Source of the DNA: the human T2T-CHM13v2.0 reference genome, Homo sapiens
NCBI RefSeq assembly: GCF_009914755.1
Contig: NC_060932.1
Length of the DNA stretch: 64,000 nucleotides
Strand: one strand, 5' to 3'
A program made the position numbers and the translations under genes. The notes below the pieces were generated by a model, which saw only the letters and a program-made list of their open reading frames with translations, did not search any database and had not been told where the DNA came from. Positions 40,832 to 54,000 of the stretch are shown in pieces. Numbering within the stretch: the stretch's first letter is position 1; every line of letters begins with the position of its first letter.

Positions 40832-43014
40832 GTAAGAGGCGGCGGCGGCTGAGCCGGCAGGCCGCCTGGCCCCCGCCGGGCCGCCCGGGACGCCCCCATT
40901 CTGGTGTCTCTCTTTCCGGCCCGCTCCCCTCCCGCCTCCCTCCCCGTAACTCGCCGGCCCTATTGTCTGGGCGCCGCAGCTCCCTCTTCCCCTCCCTTCC
41001 TTACCCCCCTGCGGAGGGCCGGATGGCTGTCAAACCTGGAGGCTTCTCCAGCTCCCTGCCAGCCCTGTCAGCCTTTCCTGCCTGTCTCGTGCCACCCCCT
41101 CTCTGTCTGGCCTCACCTCCTCACCTTTTTTGGCCTGGCGGTCATTCTCTGACCATTGCTTTACATTGTCGGTCTCTATGTCTTCTTGCTCATTTCTTCT
41201 TCCCTCTAACTTGTCATCTCCGAAAACTTCCACTGTCCTATTTCTTGCCATTCTTTGCTCCTTTCCTTACTGTTTTTACTCCTCTCCGTGCTTTCTGCCT
41301 TGTTTTTGCTTCAAGTTTTACTCCCAGTAGACTGTCTTACTTTATGAAAGTTCCTTAATTCAAATCCCTCTTCATCCTTCCCTCTTCGAACCTAAGACAA
41401 AGGAAAATCTTGTTTTTTTTCTGGTACTTCATCCCTAAGTGTCACTGGGGGATTATACTCATTCAATCCATCACTTAATTATGGGCTCTAAGTTTGATTC
41501 TAGATGTTAGTGTACCTTGTGAACTATCCCTTACTGAATTCTTCCTGTGACAGACAGCAGAAAAGGTTGATTCGATTTCTACACAAACATTTAAGTAACT
41601 GCCTTACGTGTTGCGCACTGACAAGACCTCTATTAAAAATATTCATACATTTGTTCTTTTGCACCAGCTACACCCTGGGCAAGCTCCCTGTTAACTTTTT
41701 AATGCTCTAATATTTGCTTATACCATAGCAGGAGGATACCCACTCTCCCCCTCCAACCATGGGTATTTGAGTTCGCATATTTTCATGGCCAGTATTGATG
41801 CTATTTTTTCCCTTACCTATCAGACTCTTTCAAAGAGAAAAGAGGGAGCAGTTGGAATTTTATGTTTGTTGTTCTATTTTGTCTATTATGAATTGTGACA
41901 AAACCATTATAAAAGATGACAAGTGTGTGTGTTTCTTTTTTTCTTTTTAAACTGTAGGGAACATAGTCATTAGTGATCTCAAATACCGAAAGACATTTTA
42001 CGGATCTCTCCTCGCCCCTGATAACAATCAATTTACATTCTTAATTATGAGTTATGTTTTGATTAGGTTATCTCAAAATGTATTCATATTCCTCACATAC
42101 CCATTAGTGAAAAAGAGGCCACCTCAAGTGTGCTCGGTGGCCACTGTGGCCCAAAATATAGTACTTTGCATGTGAATGACCTAGGGATACATAGGTACTC
42201 CTTTGCAGTTTTTGTTCTAGCATTACAACCACTTTTATTATCAATGTGGACACTGTCTAAATTGAAATATAGTAGAAATACTCAGTTAACAAAAGCATGT
42301 TATTATTGCTTGTTGAATGTAAAGTATAAGAAAGCAGTCTCTTTTGTAATACTGTATGTTAAATTAAAATTATTGAATTATGTGCTACCAAGGTGGGAGA
42401 TCATGGGTAATGAAAAATCCTAATCCCAAGAGGAATTAGTGGTATCTTCACTGGCAGAGGAGTGTGCCTACTGTTTCCTCCATCTTTGTGTGCTGTAGGG
42501 CCTTATCTAGTGTTTTGTATTATGAGGCACTCAACAAATATTTGTTGAAATTAAAAATTGATTTTGTTCTCAAGAATTTCAGTAGTCCTATTCCAGAACA
42601 CTCAGCTGTCTTAATTTTTCAAAGGCAGGAAAGCATTTTCAGCTCTCCCCGTGGAGAATTTTCTTGGGTATCTGGAAGCTCAAATGTAAAGCATTTTTAG
42701 CTATTAACAATTTTTAACAGTCCATTTACTCATTCTTTTTAGATAGTTTTCTTTGTTCTTTTTCTTAAATCATTATCAAGATTGCCTGCAGATTGCACAG
42801 AACTTTATATAGAGATGTTGGTAATACTCCTTCAAATTTCTTAACAATTTGGCAAGTATTTCATATTCTCATGTATTGTTTTAGAAATTCTGTTTAATTT
42901 TAATTTGACCTGTTCCCTTATACTCTACTTCCTATGCATTTTCTGCATTGGAATCTAACTTTTTTCTTTCTCTTGAGGTAGTGAAAAGAGAATACTGAAG
43001 AATAGGATCTCAAG

Positions 43015-43097
43015 ATGAGTAAAAAGCCCCCAAATCGCCCTGGAATCACTTTTGAGATTGGTGCTCGTTTGGAGGCACTGGACTACTTACAAAAATG
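43015..43097 (+). CDS. PHF20L1: PHF20L1 exon 2 coding part (exon starts ~42978), [28 protein letters not shown]
   Basis: Polypyrimidine tract plus gag acceptor at 42977, caagATG at 43015, donor AATG|gtatgg at 43098. The peptide is the PHF20L1 N-terminus. 83 coding nt. Confidence 0.95.
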
Positions 43098-46030
43098 GTA
43101 TGGAAAATATAGAACTTTCACCTAAATATCACAATATCTGTAGCCTTACATATGTTAATTAAAACAGTAAATTCCACTGATGGTAGCAGAAACATCAGTG
43201 TATTCACATTTCGATTACACATATATGTTGTTTTTTAGTTTTCCTACTCTTTAGGCTTTTTAGGTTTAGCATTTAAAAACTATTTTTAGTCAACTGACTA
43301 AATTATTTAGAACAATCATTTTTGGTGTTTGAGAAATGAAAATAATTGTCTAGAGTATGCGGTTTATGTATACCTCATGTATACCTCACATGAGCTGTAT
43401 TGGTGGAAGTAGAGAGAGGAGTAATCCAGAGAACCAACTTCTCATGTTTTGGATAAATTTTGATTTAAATTGGTATTTTTGGTCTGTCAGTGGTAGTCTT
43501 TCAAACTACAGAGTATATTAATGGTTAGCATAGCATTTTTTCATAGTGAACACTTTCAAAAACATCTCCACTATTCATTATCTCACCTAAAACCAAAATC
43601 ACACTTAACCTCCTATTTTCCCTGGTGGGCCTTAACCTAAAGGCAGGTTGTTACTGTCTCCAGTGCAAAATAGGCTGTCCTTTCAGAACTTGTGTGTCTC
43701 CCCCTATTCTGGCCATTGTGGTAAGTGGTAAATTTAAACACCTCCCAACATAGCCTTTATACAGTGGTTAGGAAAAGTTGATGAATTGGTATAAAACTAC
43801 TATCTGGAAAGGAGAGAAGGGGAAGCTACATGCAGGGGTCCCTGGGCCAGAGTAGGAATGAGGAGGATTCTCCTTTCTCCTAAGGAGCGTATTCCTCATT
43901 TGGGTTAACTGGCCCCTCATTCTGCTGTCTTGGCAGATGTCTTTTGTTGCCATTTGCAGGCTCCTAACCTGAGAGGGGCATTAGAGGGGTTCCGCTTCTG
44001 GGAGGGATGCTGCCTTTGCTCCTCCTGAAGCCCGTTTATTTTGATGCGAGTTCTTGTTTAGCAGCTCTTGGACTTTCCCAGACTTTTTGACATTTTCTCT
44101 GATTTAAAACCATACTGGGCATTTTGTAGATTTACTTTTGATTGATTTGTATTAAGTCAACTTCCCGAGTTGGCAATGGCAGGCAGAGAAATCTTGTTTA
44201 GTCATAATATTTGACTGTATAGACCAGGCTGGGGTTTCTCTCTTTTAACATCTGGCGTTAGAGCTTGGCACATATCTCTGACCCCAGCTTAATGACCTCT
44301 TGTTTTGAGCTCCACTTTAGGACAGTTTGAAGCTACAATTTGAGATGGGGAGGTTAATCGATACTGTCACTAGGTGAAGAATGTACATGGTAATTCTTAG
44401 GAGGGGTTTGGGAAGTACCTGGGAACTAGGCAGTAGCATCTCTCCTAGTGACGATCAAAATGTCTCCAGACATTGCCAAATGACAACTGGAATGAGGGTG
44501 GGTGGCGGTAAAAATGATTGAGAAACTCAGCATTAGACCATGCAACAGAAAATGCCAGTTGAGGCAGCACTTGTCTATCTTGGTTCTCATTTGACCAAGA
44601 GAAGCTTTTTACTCCAAAGGCATACTACTGAATGTCTGTGTGATACAAGGGTATAAGAAATAATACTTGTTACTTCTTTGATATTACTCTTAAGTGATTT
44701 ATTTATTTTTTAAGTTACTGACTTTGTGACTTATTTAATTCATATTAATATATTAGGCTTCCCAACTGACGGTGTTGCAGTTGAGCTAGCTTCCAGTTTT
44801 GGAGAAACACATAGTTGATTAGTTCTGTCAGTAATTTTCAGGGATATTAATATAACTTTGATATTAGTGAGAAATTTTCTTTCAGTAGTAAAATGTTTTC
44901 TAACTTAGGAGCTGTTAAATTTATGATCCAGTAGTTCAAAAGACTACAAAAAAGAACTTTTAAAACCATGCTTGAATGTACTTTTAGAGTATTCTGTGTT
45001 TTTAGAATACTTGGAATTTCAGAGAACAAATGAAAGTTGTATCTTCTTGCCACAAAATTCATATGTGCTTATTTGAGCGGTGTCATGCAAATGTACTCAC
45101 TGATGAAGTTTAGATTTAATTTTAATGACCCTGGTAATAATAGTTCTCTTTAATGGAAATAAGCATTAGCCAGGATAATCACATATTATCACTGAAACTT
45201 GTTATCAGTTTTATTTTTATAAGCTGATTTATATAAAGATTTTGGCACTCTGTTTCAGGTGGCTCCTTATTTAAAAAAGGATTAAGAATATTGTATATAT
45301 GTATTCTAGGTAATTTACAAAAATAATTTTCTTATGGTAATTTTGCTTATTAATGTCAGTAGTTTCAAGAACTAGTTAGGCTTAGGTGCCCCTTAAATTT
45401 AGTATTAGGTGGTGTGCTCTTGGACCAACTATTTAATTACTAAGATGTATTGAATTTTATATGGGACACAAAAGTTCTGAGATTAGTGCTCTTAACATTT
45501 TATTTATAAATAGGATAATAAACTTAATTCTTCATATTATTCCATTTGTAAATGACCATTTTACATTTCATGGAAATTCTGTAAATTTTTGCATTAATAT
45601 TAAGTAAAATTATAGAATTATTTGACAAGAAACTGACATTCTTGTGAGAAGCAAAATATTATAGTTAATCATTGAAAATATACAGAAATTTCTTTTCTCC
45701 CTCTTCTCCCACTCTTCTCTTTCCCTTCTTTCATATTCTATTTTTTGCATCCATATTGAATGCTTAGTCTTCCAAATTTATTCAATTCTCTTTGAAAAGT
45801 ATTGAGTCATCTTTGAGATAAATGTAGTTTGAACTATTATGGGCATTGGATAGGGAGGAGCAGGAATGCAAATCTTGCTTACTGTCTCTATACTCAAAAC
45901 ATTTACAATAAGCAGTATATTACTGAGAAACTAACTTATCACATGTTGATAAATCACCTTTTGAAGAGAAGTGCAAAAGGAAAGTGGTGCTAGTGAAGAA
46001 CCCAAAATGCCTATTAAAGGTTTTTCTTGC

Positions 46031-46312
46031 TTTTTTTTTTTTTTTTTTGAGACAGAGTCTTTTCTGTTTCTCAGGCTGGGAGTGCAGTGGCGTGATCTTG
46101 GCTCACTAAAACCTCTACCTCCTGGGCTCAAGCTATCCTGCCACCTCAGCCTCTTGAATAGCTGGAACTACAGGTGTGCACCACAAGTCTGGGCTAATTT
46201 AAAAAAAAATTTTTTTTGTAGAGATGAAGTGTCACTGTATTGCCCAGGCTGGTCTGGAATTCCTGGCCTCAAATGATCCTCCCACCTCAGCCTCCCAAAG
46301 TGTACTCCTGGC
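46031..46312 (-). mobile_element. AluJ-like
   Basis: cctgggctcaagctatcc and ggcctcaaatgatcctccc. T tail. Confidence 0.9.
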
Positions 46313-46589
46313 TGGTTTCTCATATATAAAAAAGGAAAATAGTTTCTGGTATGTGTCTAGACATAAAAGGATAAACTCTAAATTTAGTAGGTGGAAATAA
46401 TCTGAAGTTAAGCTCTCACTTTTAGCTTTGGGGTAGATTTGATTTAACAGGAAGACTCAATCTGTGTTTCTCAGGAAAAGTATGTTATTATTGCTTGAAT
46501 AAACCATATCGTATAATTCTTACAGATCAGAAAGATACCTTATCTTTGAAAATGCATTGTACCTTTTTAAGTAGTGATTTATTTATTTT

Positions 46590-46917
46590 TATTTTATCTT
46601 ATTTTATTTATTTTTTTGAGACAGAGTCTTGCTCTTTCGCCAGTCTGGAATTCAGTGGCGCAATCTTGGCTCACTGCAACCTCCGCTCGCTGCAACCTCC
46701 GCCTCTCAGGTTCAAGTGATTCCCCTGCCTCAGCCTCCCGAGTAGCTGGGACTACAGGCGCACGCCACCATGCCCAGCTAATTTTTTTTTGTATTTTTAG
46801 TAGAGATGGGGTTTCGCCATGTTGTCTGGGATAGTCTCCATCTCTTGACCTTGTGATCTGCCTGCCTCAGTCCCCCACAGTGCTGGGATTACAGGCGTGA
46901 GCCACTGCGCCAGGCCT
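46590..46917 (-). mobile_element. AluS-like with an internal 16-bp duplication
   Basis: TSD aagtagtgatttattt at 46569 and 46919. gctc(a/g)ctgcaacctcc occurs twice at 46669-46700. Confidence 0.92.
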
Positions 46918-47762
46918 AAAGTAGTGATTTATTTTTATTTTCAAAGTAACTTTATAGCTACATAAGAACACTCATTGGTGGTTTATTTATCAGTACTAAT
47001 GGACACAGGCCCTGAGAAGCCATCAAGAGGTCAGTCATCTTAGTCCCAGTATTTGCTTTTTGATAATTGGATCTCTCCTACACTGACCAAACATAACTCC
47101 TGAGTAGTGTGGGCTGTTTTAATTTTTAAAAATATTATAGCTTTACAATATTTTAAAAACATTTTCTTTTAACTTTTTCAATCATCTGCATAAAGACTTT
47201 GACGTGCTAATGTTTACAGCTAGCACAGTCAACTATTTTTTATCTTATTTTCATGTTTTTCACCACAAACTCTGTGCATCCAAACCTTGATATTCAGTTT
47301 TATAATCTCTGGAAGGTAGTAACATCATAAGAATAAAAATGAGTATAGGTGTGTTGATACAGAAGTATATTTGGGGAAGGAGAAAGTTGAGAGTTGAAGT
47401 TATATTGGAGACACTGTAAGCGGGTGGGTTTAAATTCAGACTGTTACTTATTAATCCTGTAAATATGGGTAAGTCCTTTAACTTGGTTTTCTTAGCAGTA
47501 AAATGGAAGCAGTATTACTGGCTTTTATTTAGAGGTTGGTTTTTAAGGTTCAAATAAAATTATGTATTGCTTTAAGTTCTACAGATGGGTACATAATCAT
47601 AAAGCATTGAGGTAAATGCAAGGGGAGAGGGAGAATAGAAAAGTAAATCTTTGGGGATCTGAAGAGTTAAGTGATTGAGTTTTTAAAGGTAGCTTTAGTT
47701 GACAGGAGAGTGGCTTGGAATCATAGAAGGCAAAACATCTCATTGCAACAAGCTGATGACAC

Positions 47763-48040
47763 TTTTTTCTTTTTCCTTTTTTTTTTGAGACAAAGTTTTA
47801 CTGTCACCCAGGCTGCAGTGCAGTCACGAGATCATGACTTGAAGCAGCCTGCAGCCTTTACCTCCCGGGGCTCAAGCCATCCTCCTGCTTCAACCTCCCA
47901 AGTAGCTGGGACTACAGGCGTATGCCATAGTAACCTGCTGATTTTCTTTTTCTTTTTCTTTTTTTTTTTTTGGTAGAGAAAGCGATCTCTCTGTGTTGCC
48001 CAGGCTGGTCTTGAACTCATGGGCTCAAGCAGTTTTTCCA
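47763..48040 (-). mobile_element. AluJ-like (partial)
   Basis: Diverged reverse Alu with an expanded central T tract. Confidence 0.88.
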
Positions 48041-51000
48041 TCTGTCTTGTTCTTCCAAAGTTGTAGACAGTCTTTTTGAAGTGATAATAAAATCCTCATG
48101 TTTCCACAGAGTTTTATAGAGTTTGCTTGCAAATATTAAAGTATCTAATCATTCTGAATATAGTTTAGTAAGAAAACTGATAAAATCACACTGGCGTTGA
48201 CTACTGATTTAACTCCTGTTTTTTGATTGAAATTAAAATAGTTATTCTACAGTAAGCGATTGTTACAAAAACACAAGAGATTAAATAACATGCTGTGGTG
48301 TTAATCTTAAAATAAATTTGAAATATAGAGTCAATTTAAAACATTCAGATGAGATATGCTCCTCTGACTCTTTTGGAATATTTCTATTTAATTCTCTTCT
48401 AAATCTAAAGAAAAGGAAAATGAAAGATTAAAAAATGTGGAGATATCTCCAAGTATCAGAGTTTAATAGAACAGTATAAATTTGAATTGGCAAATGCTGT
48501 TTTCACACATTTGAAGTTTTTTGAACTGTATGGAACATTTGCAAATGTGAGTTTTTAAGATGTTCGTGCAGAATTTTAATAGTATAGGAGAATTAAGGAA
48601 ATTTACATTGTAGCAAGTACAAATACTTGTTAATTTAAATAAAATTATACATTTTCTGAATAAAAAGTTACTTTTTTTCTAATTAGATTTAACTATTCAA
48701 AGGAAAATGCTACTAGAGATAAGTTGTGTCATCTATATTTAGAGTAGGAGAATGGTCCTAAAGTGTAACATGTAGATCAAATATAGCATTGTAGGAACAC
48801 CAGGTGAATACTTCAAAAATAGAGGTTCTTTTGCTAATATTAATATGCATGCAGTTTTTGTCTTTTCATAATTTGGGATTCTTTCAGTTTGTCTATACAT
48901 AGAAAGTAATGATTATTATTTTGAGTCATTACCTTTGAAAACCAATGCCAGCTGTAGACTTAGAAAAAATATACAGTTGTATGTATACATCAAAATAAAT
49001 GAATTACATACTATGGTCATAAGTTCATAGAAAACGTATACATGACCTCTAGGTTAAGGACCCTTCTTGCAGACAATTCATTTGAAATCTGTAAGTTTTG
49101 TTTAAAAATTCTGAGATAATTTACATTTAGATAGTCACAAATTTTGAATCTTAAGGTCAAAGTGAATCATCCAGTTTAATTATCAAGCAGATTTGTACCA
49201 GTGCACAAACATTTTACTTCTTTAACTTTTAAAATTTCCACAAAAGAAAGCCCCGTAAATTCCTTTGAACAATGCTAAATATAAGAAAGCTTCCCTCTAC
49301 CCCTCCAAAAATGTGAAAAGCATGATTTAGGGACAGAGAAGACTTATTTATTTGAAAACACACCTGGTTTCGGGTTGTTCTTGCTCTAGTGTTCTTCCTT
49401 TTTTTATGTTAATTCGTTTTTTATAGAACTCTTTCTGGTTTATAAGCTTTTTCTGCTTATCCTAGTTTTTTTGAAAAACAAAAGTATTGGAAAAAATAAA
49501 TTAAACTGGAAGTCATAAAATATGGATTTTAAGTGCTATTTTGCCATGAACTATGTGATTTTGGAGAGGTATTTCTCTGCTTTAATGACCTTGAAATGAA
49601 AGTCTTACAGTTTAGATGATCTTTCAGGTGCAGTTGAATTCCAAACTCAATTTCATTTTATCAATTTTCACCTATTCAGGGATGACAGATTTTTTTTTTT
49701 AAATCATACTTTTAGATGGGTAAATAACACAAACTTGAGGCAGAGGTAAGATAGACAAAAAGTCATAGGTAGTTCAAAACTGCTGGCTACTAGAGGAGAA
49801 AATGAGAAAAATGTAGAAAACTGAATATAATTTGGAAAAAATATAGAGGTTTGAGCTATTTGGAATATAACTATATTGGGCATGAAACCTTTTGGCTCCC
49901 AATATAGTGATCTCTCCACTATAACCCATTGTCTTGCATAGATTTCCTAAAGCTTTGCGCCTCAGTTAACTAAATGGGCTCAGTGTTCACGGGCCACCGT
50001 AGTTTCTGACCAATTGTAGTTGTGAGTATATGTCTGGCATCTAGAAGGGCCCTGAAAGTCTGGCAAGCCTATGCCACTCTTTTTCATTGGAATTAGAGAG
50101 CTTGAGCAAGGTAGGTAAATTTCAAGTTTATCCATCCTAGAGAGCTTTCCTCCTAAATTTACTTCATAATCAAACCTCCAAGCTGATGATTTCTTAGCCT
50201 CCTTCATCAATTTATAATGAGGGTAAAGTCCAGGAATCTCAGGCTTACTGTGCTGTGCTTTATGTGTGTGTGATCGTATAGTGGCAAGGGTTGGAACAAG
50301 AGAAAAGACCGTTTTATTTGCTTATCTGACATTTGGTTGAAGTCCAGCCATCACGTATCACACACATCCAGCTCCCTATTTGTTACATCATTCCTGCCGA
50401 ATGTTATTATGTATTATGAGATTTCACACTGTCACATCACATTAGATAATGGTTTATTTTTTAGTTGGGGGTTGATGAAAGCCACTAGCTGGGAAACAGT
50501 TTATCTGTTGTGGTAGTTAACTCTACTAAAAAGAATGTTTTGCAATTCTAGTTTTGCTGAGTAGACAGAAATGGCATCTGCAGATGCTTCTGTTTTTAAT
50601 TTTGGTTTTAAGTGATTTCTTTTAAGCTGAGGGAGAAAATACTAGTTTTAATTTTAAGTTTTGAATATCAGTAGTACAATTTTTAAAAGAAATTAACGGA
50701 ATATTGAAAAGACAGCTTAGTTCTGCTGTTCTTCATTAAGGTCCCAGTTTTTTAGTATTTTTACTGTAACTGTATATTTTGAAGAAGTGTTGACCACTCC
50801 CTATCATTTCTTGCTACAGATGGTTAGCACATAAGAATATACTTCTTATTAAATTAGAAATTGGTATGCAAGTATTATGTTATTTCAGTAATTATAATTA
50901 CCTCAACTTTGAGAGGATTGTTGCAGTAAAGTTGAAGGAAGAGTATAGATATTTACTTAATATTCAGAGTGTCTTGAAAGTCTGTTTTCTTATTGCCAAA

Positions 51001-54000
51001 AAAGTTACCATGAATTAGAAATAAATTTATTTCTGGTACATCATGATTAGCTAGGGTACTGAAGTATAAGCTACTTATATGAAATGGTGTATCTACAAGG
51101 CCTTAACATAGTAACTTACTCATAAAAGGTGCCCAGCAAAGTTTACTGAATTTTGTTGGGTTTAAAAAGGATGAATGAAGACAAAAGTTTTGGGATATCT
51201 TGAAATAACCTAGTTACCATTTCAGAAAATTATGGCAAATACATTGTGACTTTTGGATTGAAAACTAAACATAAGATGATATTTGTTAACCTAGATTAGC
51301 AAATGTAATTTATTTTTAAAATCACTTTTTGTTTTCCTTAGTTCTGTAACATATCATATCCAAGATTTCCTCTTAATTTAAAAATTTATGAGTTTCAAAC
51401 GTGATGAAAGTTAAGCTACTTTCTTTACTCCAATTATTTAATTTTAATAATGTGATGTATCATACTTAGTCATAGTTGAGATGTAGTGCCCTTTTGTTTT
51501 GAGACATTTTAATAATAAAACAGCCTCTTATCTTTGCTTAGTAATTTTATGCGTGGAGGATATTTATTTTGTACAATTATTTTCCATACTCTTTGGTCTA
51601 ACACAAACCAACTTTAGGCATGCTTCTTGTATATGAGAGATTAAAAGTAAAATTTTAAGAAAAAAATAGATAACTTGATTTTTGTATTGTTTTATCTGTT
51701 TTTAATACATCTTTGGTAAGAGCCCCCTATATTGAAACACTGCCATAAATGTAATAGGAACTGAAACTCATCAGTTGCAAGATGCAGAATCTGTAATGAT
51801 TGAATGCATGGTCTTTATGGACAGGAATACCTCAGTTCAAAGATCCACCATTCATTACCTCTTTTAACATGAGCAAGTTACTGAATCTTTCAGAGCCTCC
51901 ATGACCTCCCTTTAAAAACTGGTAACAATATTAGTACTTCATTTAAAGGGTTCTTTGAGGATTTTAGCAAAATAATGCATGTTATATGCCACATGGTAGG
52001 CACATAAACATTAGTTTTAATCATAACAATAACATGAACATTCGTTATTTTAAGAAGGTAGAGCCAAATGCAGGAGGAATTGATGTAAATTCATCAGACT
52101 TTAATCAGTAGGCATATAAACAAATTAACTATCTGTAGTAAAGTTTTTTGTAAAGTGCTAAATGTTAAGAAATAGAACTGGGTGATTGCAACCTGCTAGA
52201 TTTTGAGTTTTGCTAGCACCATTAAGTAGTTGTAGCTTGAAAAAACTGTATGAAGTTCGTAAACTTTGAGTCAAATACTGATGACAGGAAGATCATGTTT
52301 TAGTGGCGTAGGAAAGAAATTCTCTGTGGTCTAATGGATGCTTGTGGTGGGAGAAGGTAGTGAGTACAAAGGATATGGTACAGGTATTTTGATTTGGTTA
52401 GAACTGACAGTGAGAGTGAACATAGGCATGGCAGGATTCAGGTGCTGGGGGGGTGGGAGGAGAGAGGAACAGGAACTTAAATACAGTGATCTGAAGTGAT
52501 ACATTAATTTGCAAAGTACCTGCCACAAGGTTCTAAAAGAGAAGACATAGCTAATTCTGTTCTTCTCTTTGTTGTAAAAGTTGTGGACAAGTAGGAAGCA
52601 GGGTGAACTGTCAGCTCATGCCAGATGTGTATTATGGGGATCAATAGGTCTGAAAAGGCCTGAGAAATAATGTGATGAGGTTCTTAAACTTCAGTGTTGG
52701 AGAAGATATAATTTTGACCTATGAGCTATCATCTGAATGGTTTGAAATTTTTAGACTATTTTGTATTAACATTGCATTGTGGAATATTGAGTTTGAATTA
52801 ATCAAGAGTTTTGCTTTCGGTTTGTTGTTTTTAAAGTATGAAGCAAATGAACATGCAGTATCCAAAAGTGCTGAATTTAAAATACTGTAATTGTAGTATG
52901 TGATACCGTTATTGCAGTTATAATCAATGGGTGAATGGGAAAACATTTTTGAAAACTATAAAGCTTAATGTAAATTTAAAGTGCTACCAGGAAACTAAAA
53001 CTTTTAAAGGGTAACTAGGATACAAGAATATTTTGTTTGCTTTGGGTTACATTCTGTGTTAATTTTTGTTATTTGGCAAATAATCCTCTCACTAATAATT
53101 GGATGTAAGACAGCTCTTACCCTTCTATTTCTAGTTCTTCTAATCTTTTAGTCATTTTTATGACTACCATAGTTATAGATGAAGTTCTTATCCACAAAAC
53201 TATTTTGAATTGTTAGTCCTAGATCCCTAGGATTCTGCTAATATTTTAGTTATGTTTAAGTCATATTTTAGGTGTATTTCATACATACTATCCTTTAAAA
53301 CATAAAGAACTGCCTTGTCCAAGAGAACATCCTTGTTCAGATACTCTTTCTGTGTGCTAGCATAATGTCTTTATTATACTAGCTATCATTATGTTGAATT
53401 GTGTTAACTTACTTGATTCTTTTTCTTTGTTGAATAAATGAAATGAATGAGGACTGTCAATTTCTAAATTTACATGAATTAGACATCCTATTGGCTTATC
53501 CATATAAACAAGAAAGTGATTATTTAAAATACATAATTTGAATAACTTATTGAGGCAGTTTATAAAATTATGTTGCCATTTTGATTGATATGGTGCTTAT
53601 TCAAATAATTAGTTAAATCCTAAATCTTTTCGTGAATTCTCATGGTCTTTAGGGCATTTGGCAGCATATTCTGGCCCTGCTTGGTGGATTGCAACCTGTC
53701 ATTGAGGTAGTTATCAACTCTATCTTAAGTGCAGGAGATTCTAGGTTATATCAGTTAATTTCCCTTGTCATTTTCTCATGGTTGACTTTTTTTTTTTATC
53801 AATACAGATAGAAATCTGGGTATATATTTTAAATTAGAAGATAAATCAGAATGAATTCCTTAAATGCAAATGATGTTTAATTGTATTAATGTTCCTATGT
53901 TGAATGCAAAGAAATTTTTAAAATTAATCCATCAGATTATATTTCTGGCATAGCTGCATGCCCACCATTGCTTCCCTCTTTTATCCTAGGATAATGAAGC

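Larger units (their letters stand above)
40380..41030 (+). promoter_or_regulatory. CpG island / PHF20L1 promoter
   Basis: Abruptly GC- and CpG-rich. GC boxes at 40408 and 40443, CCAAT at 40465-40469, TGAGTCA at 40498-40504 overlapping GTCACGTGAC at 40501-40510, ETS CTTCCGG at 40524-40530, CRE-like TGACGTCG at 40546-40553. Confidence 0.92.

Noticed and set aside
40287-41358. Long ORFs over the CpG island (160 aa on minus, 182 aa and 113 aa on plus)
   Set aside because: Low-complexity Ala/Arg/Pro/Gly translations are expected where GC-rich DNA lacks stop codons. They cross the exon 1 donor and show no domain signal.
41800-41930. Possible alternative 5'UTR exon (cag at 41821-41823) or antisense donor (AG|GTAAGG on minus near 41815)
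   Set aside because: Isolated splice-like motifs without a convincing partner site. Not supportable without transcript data.
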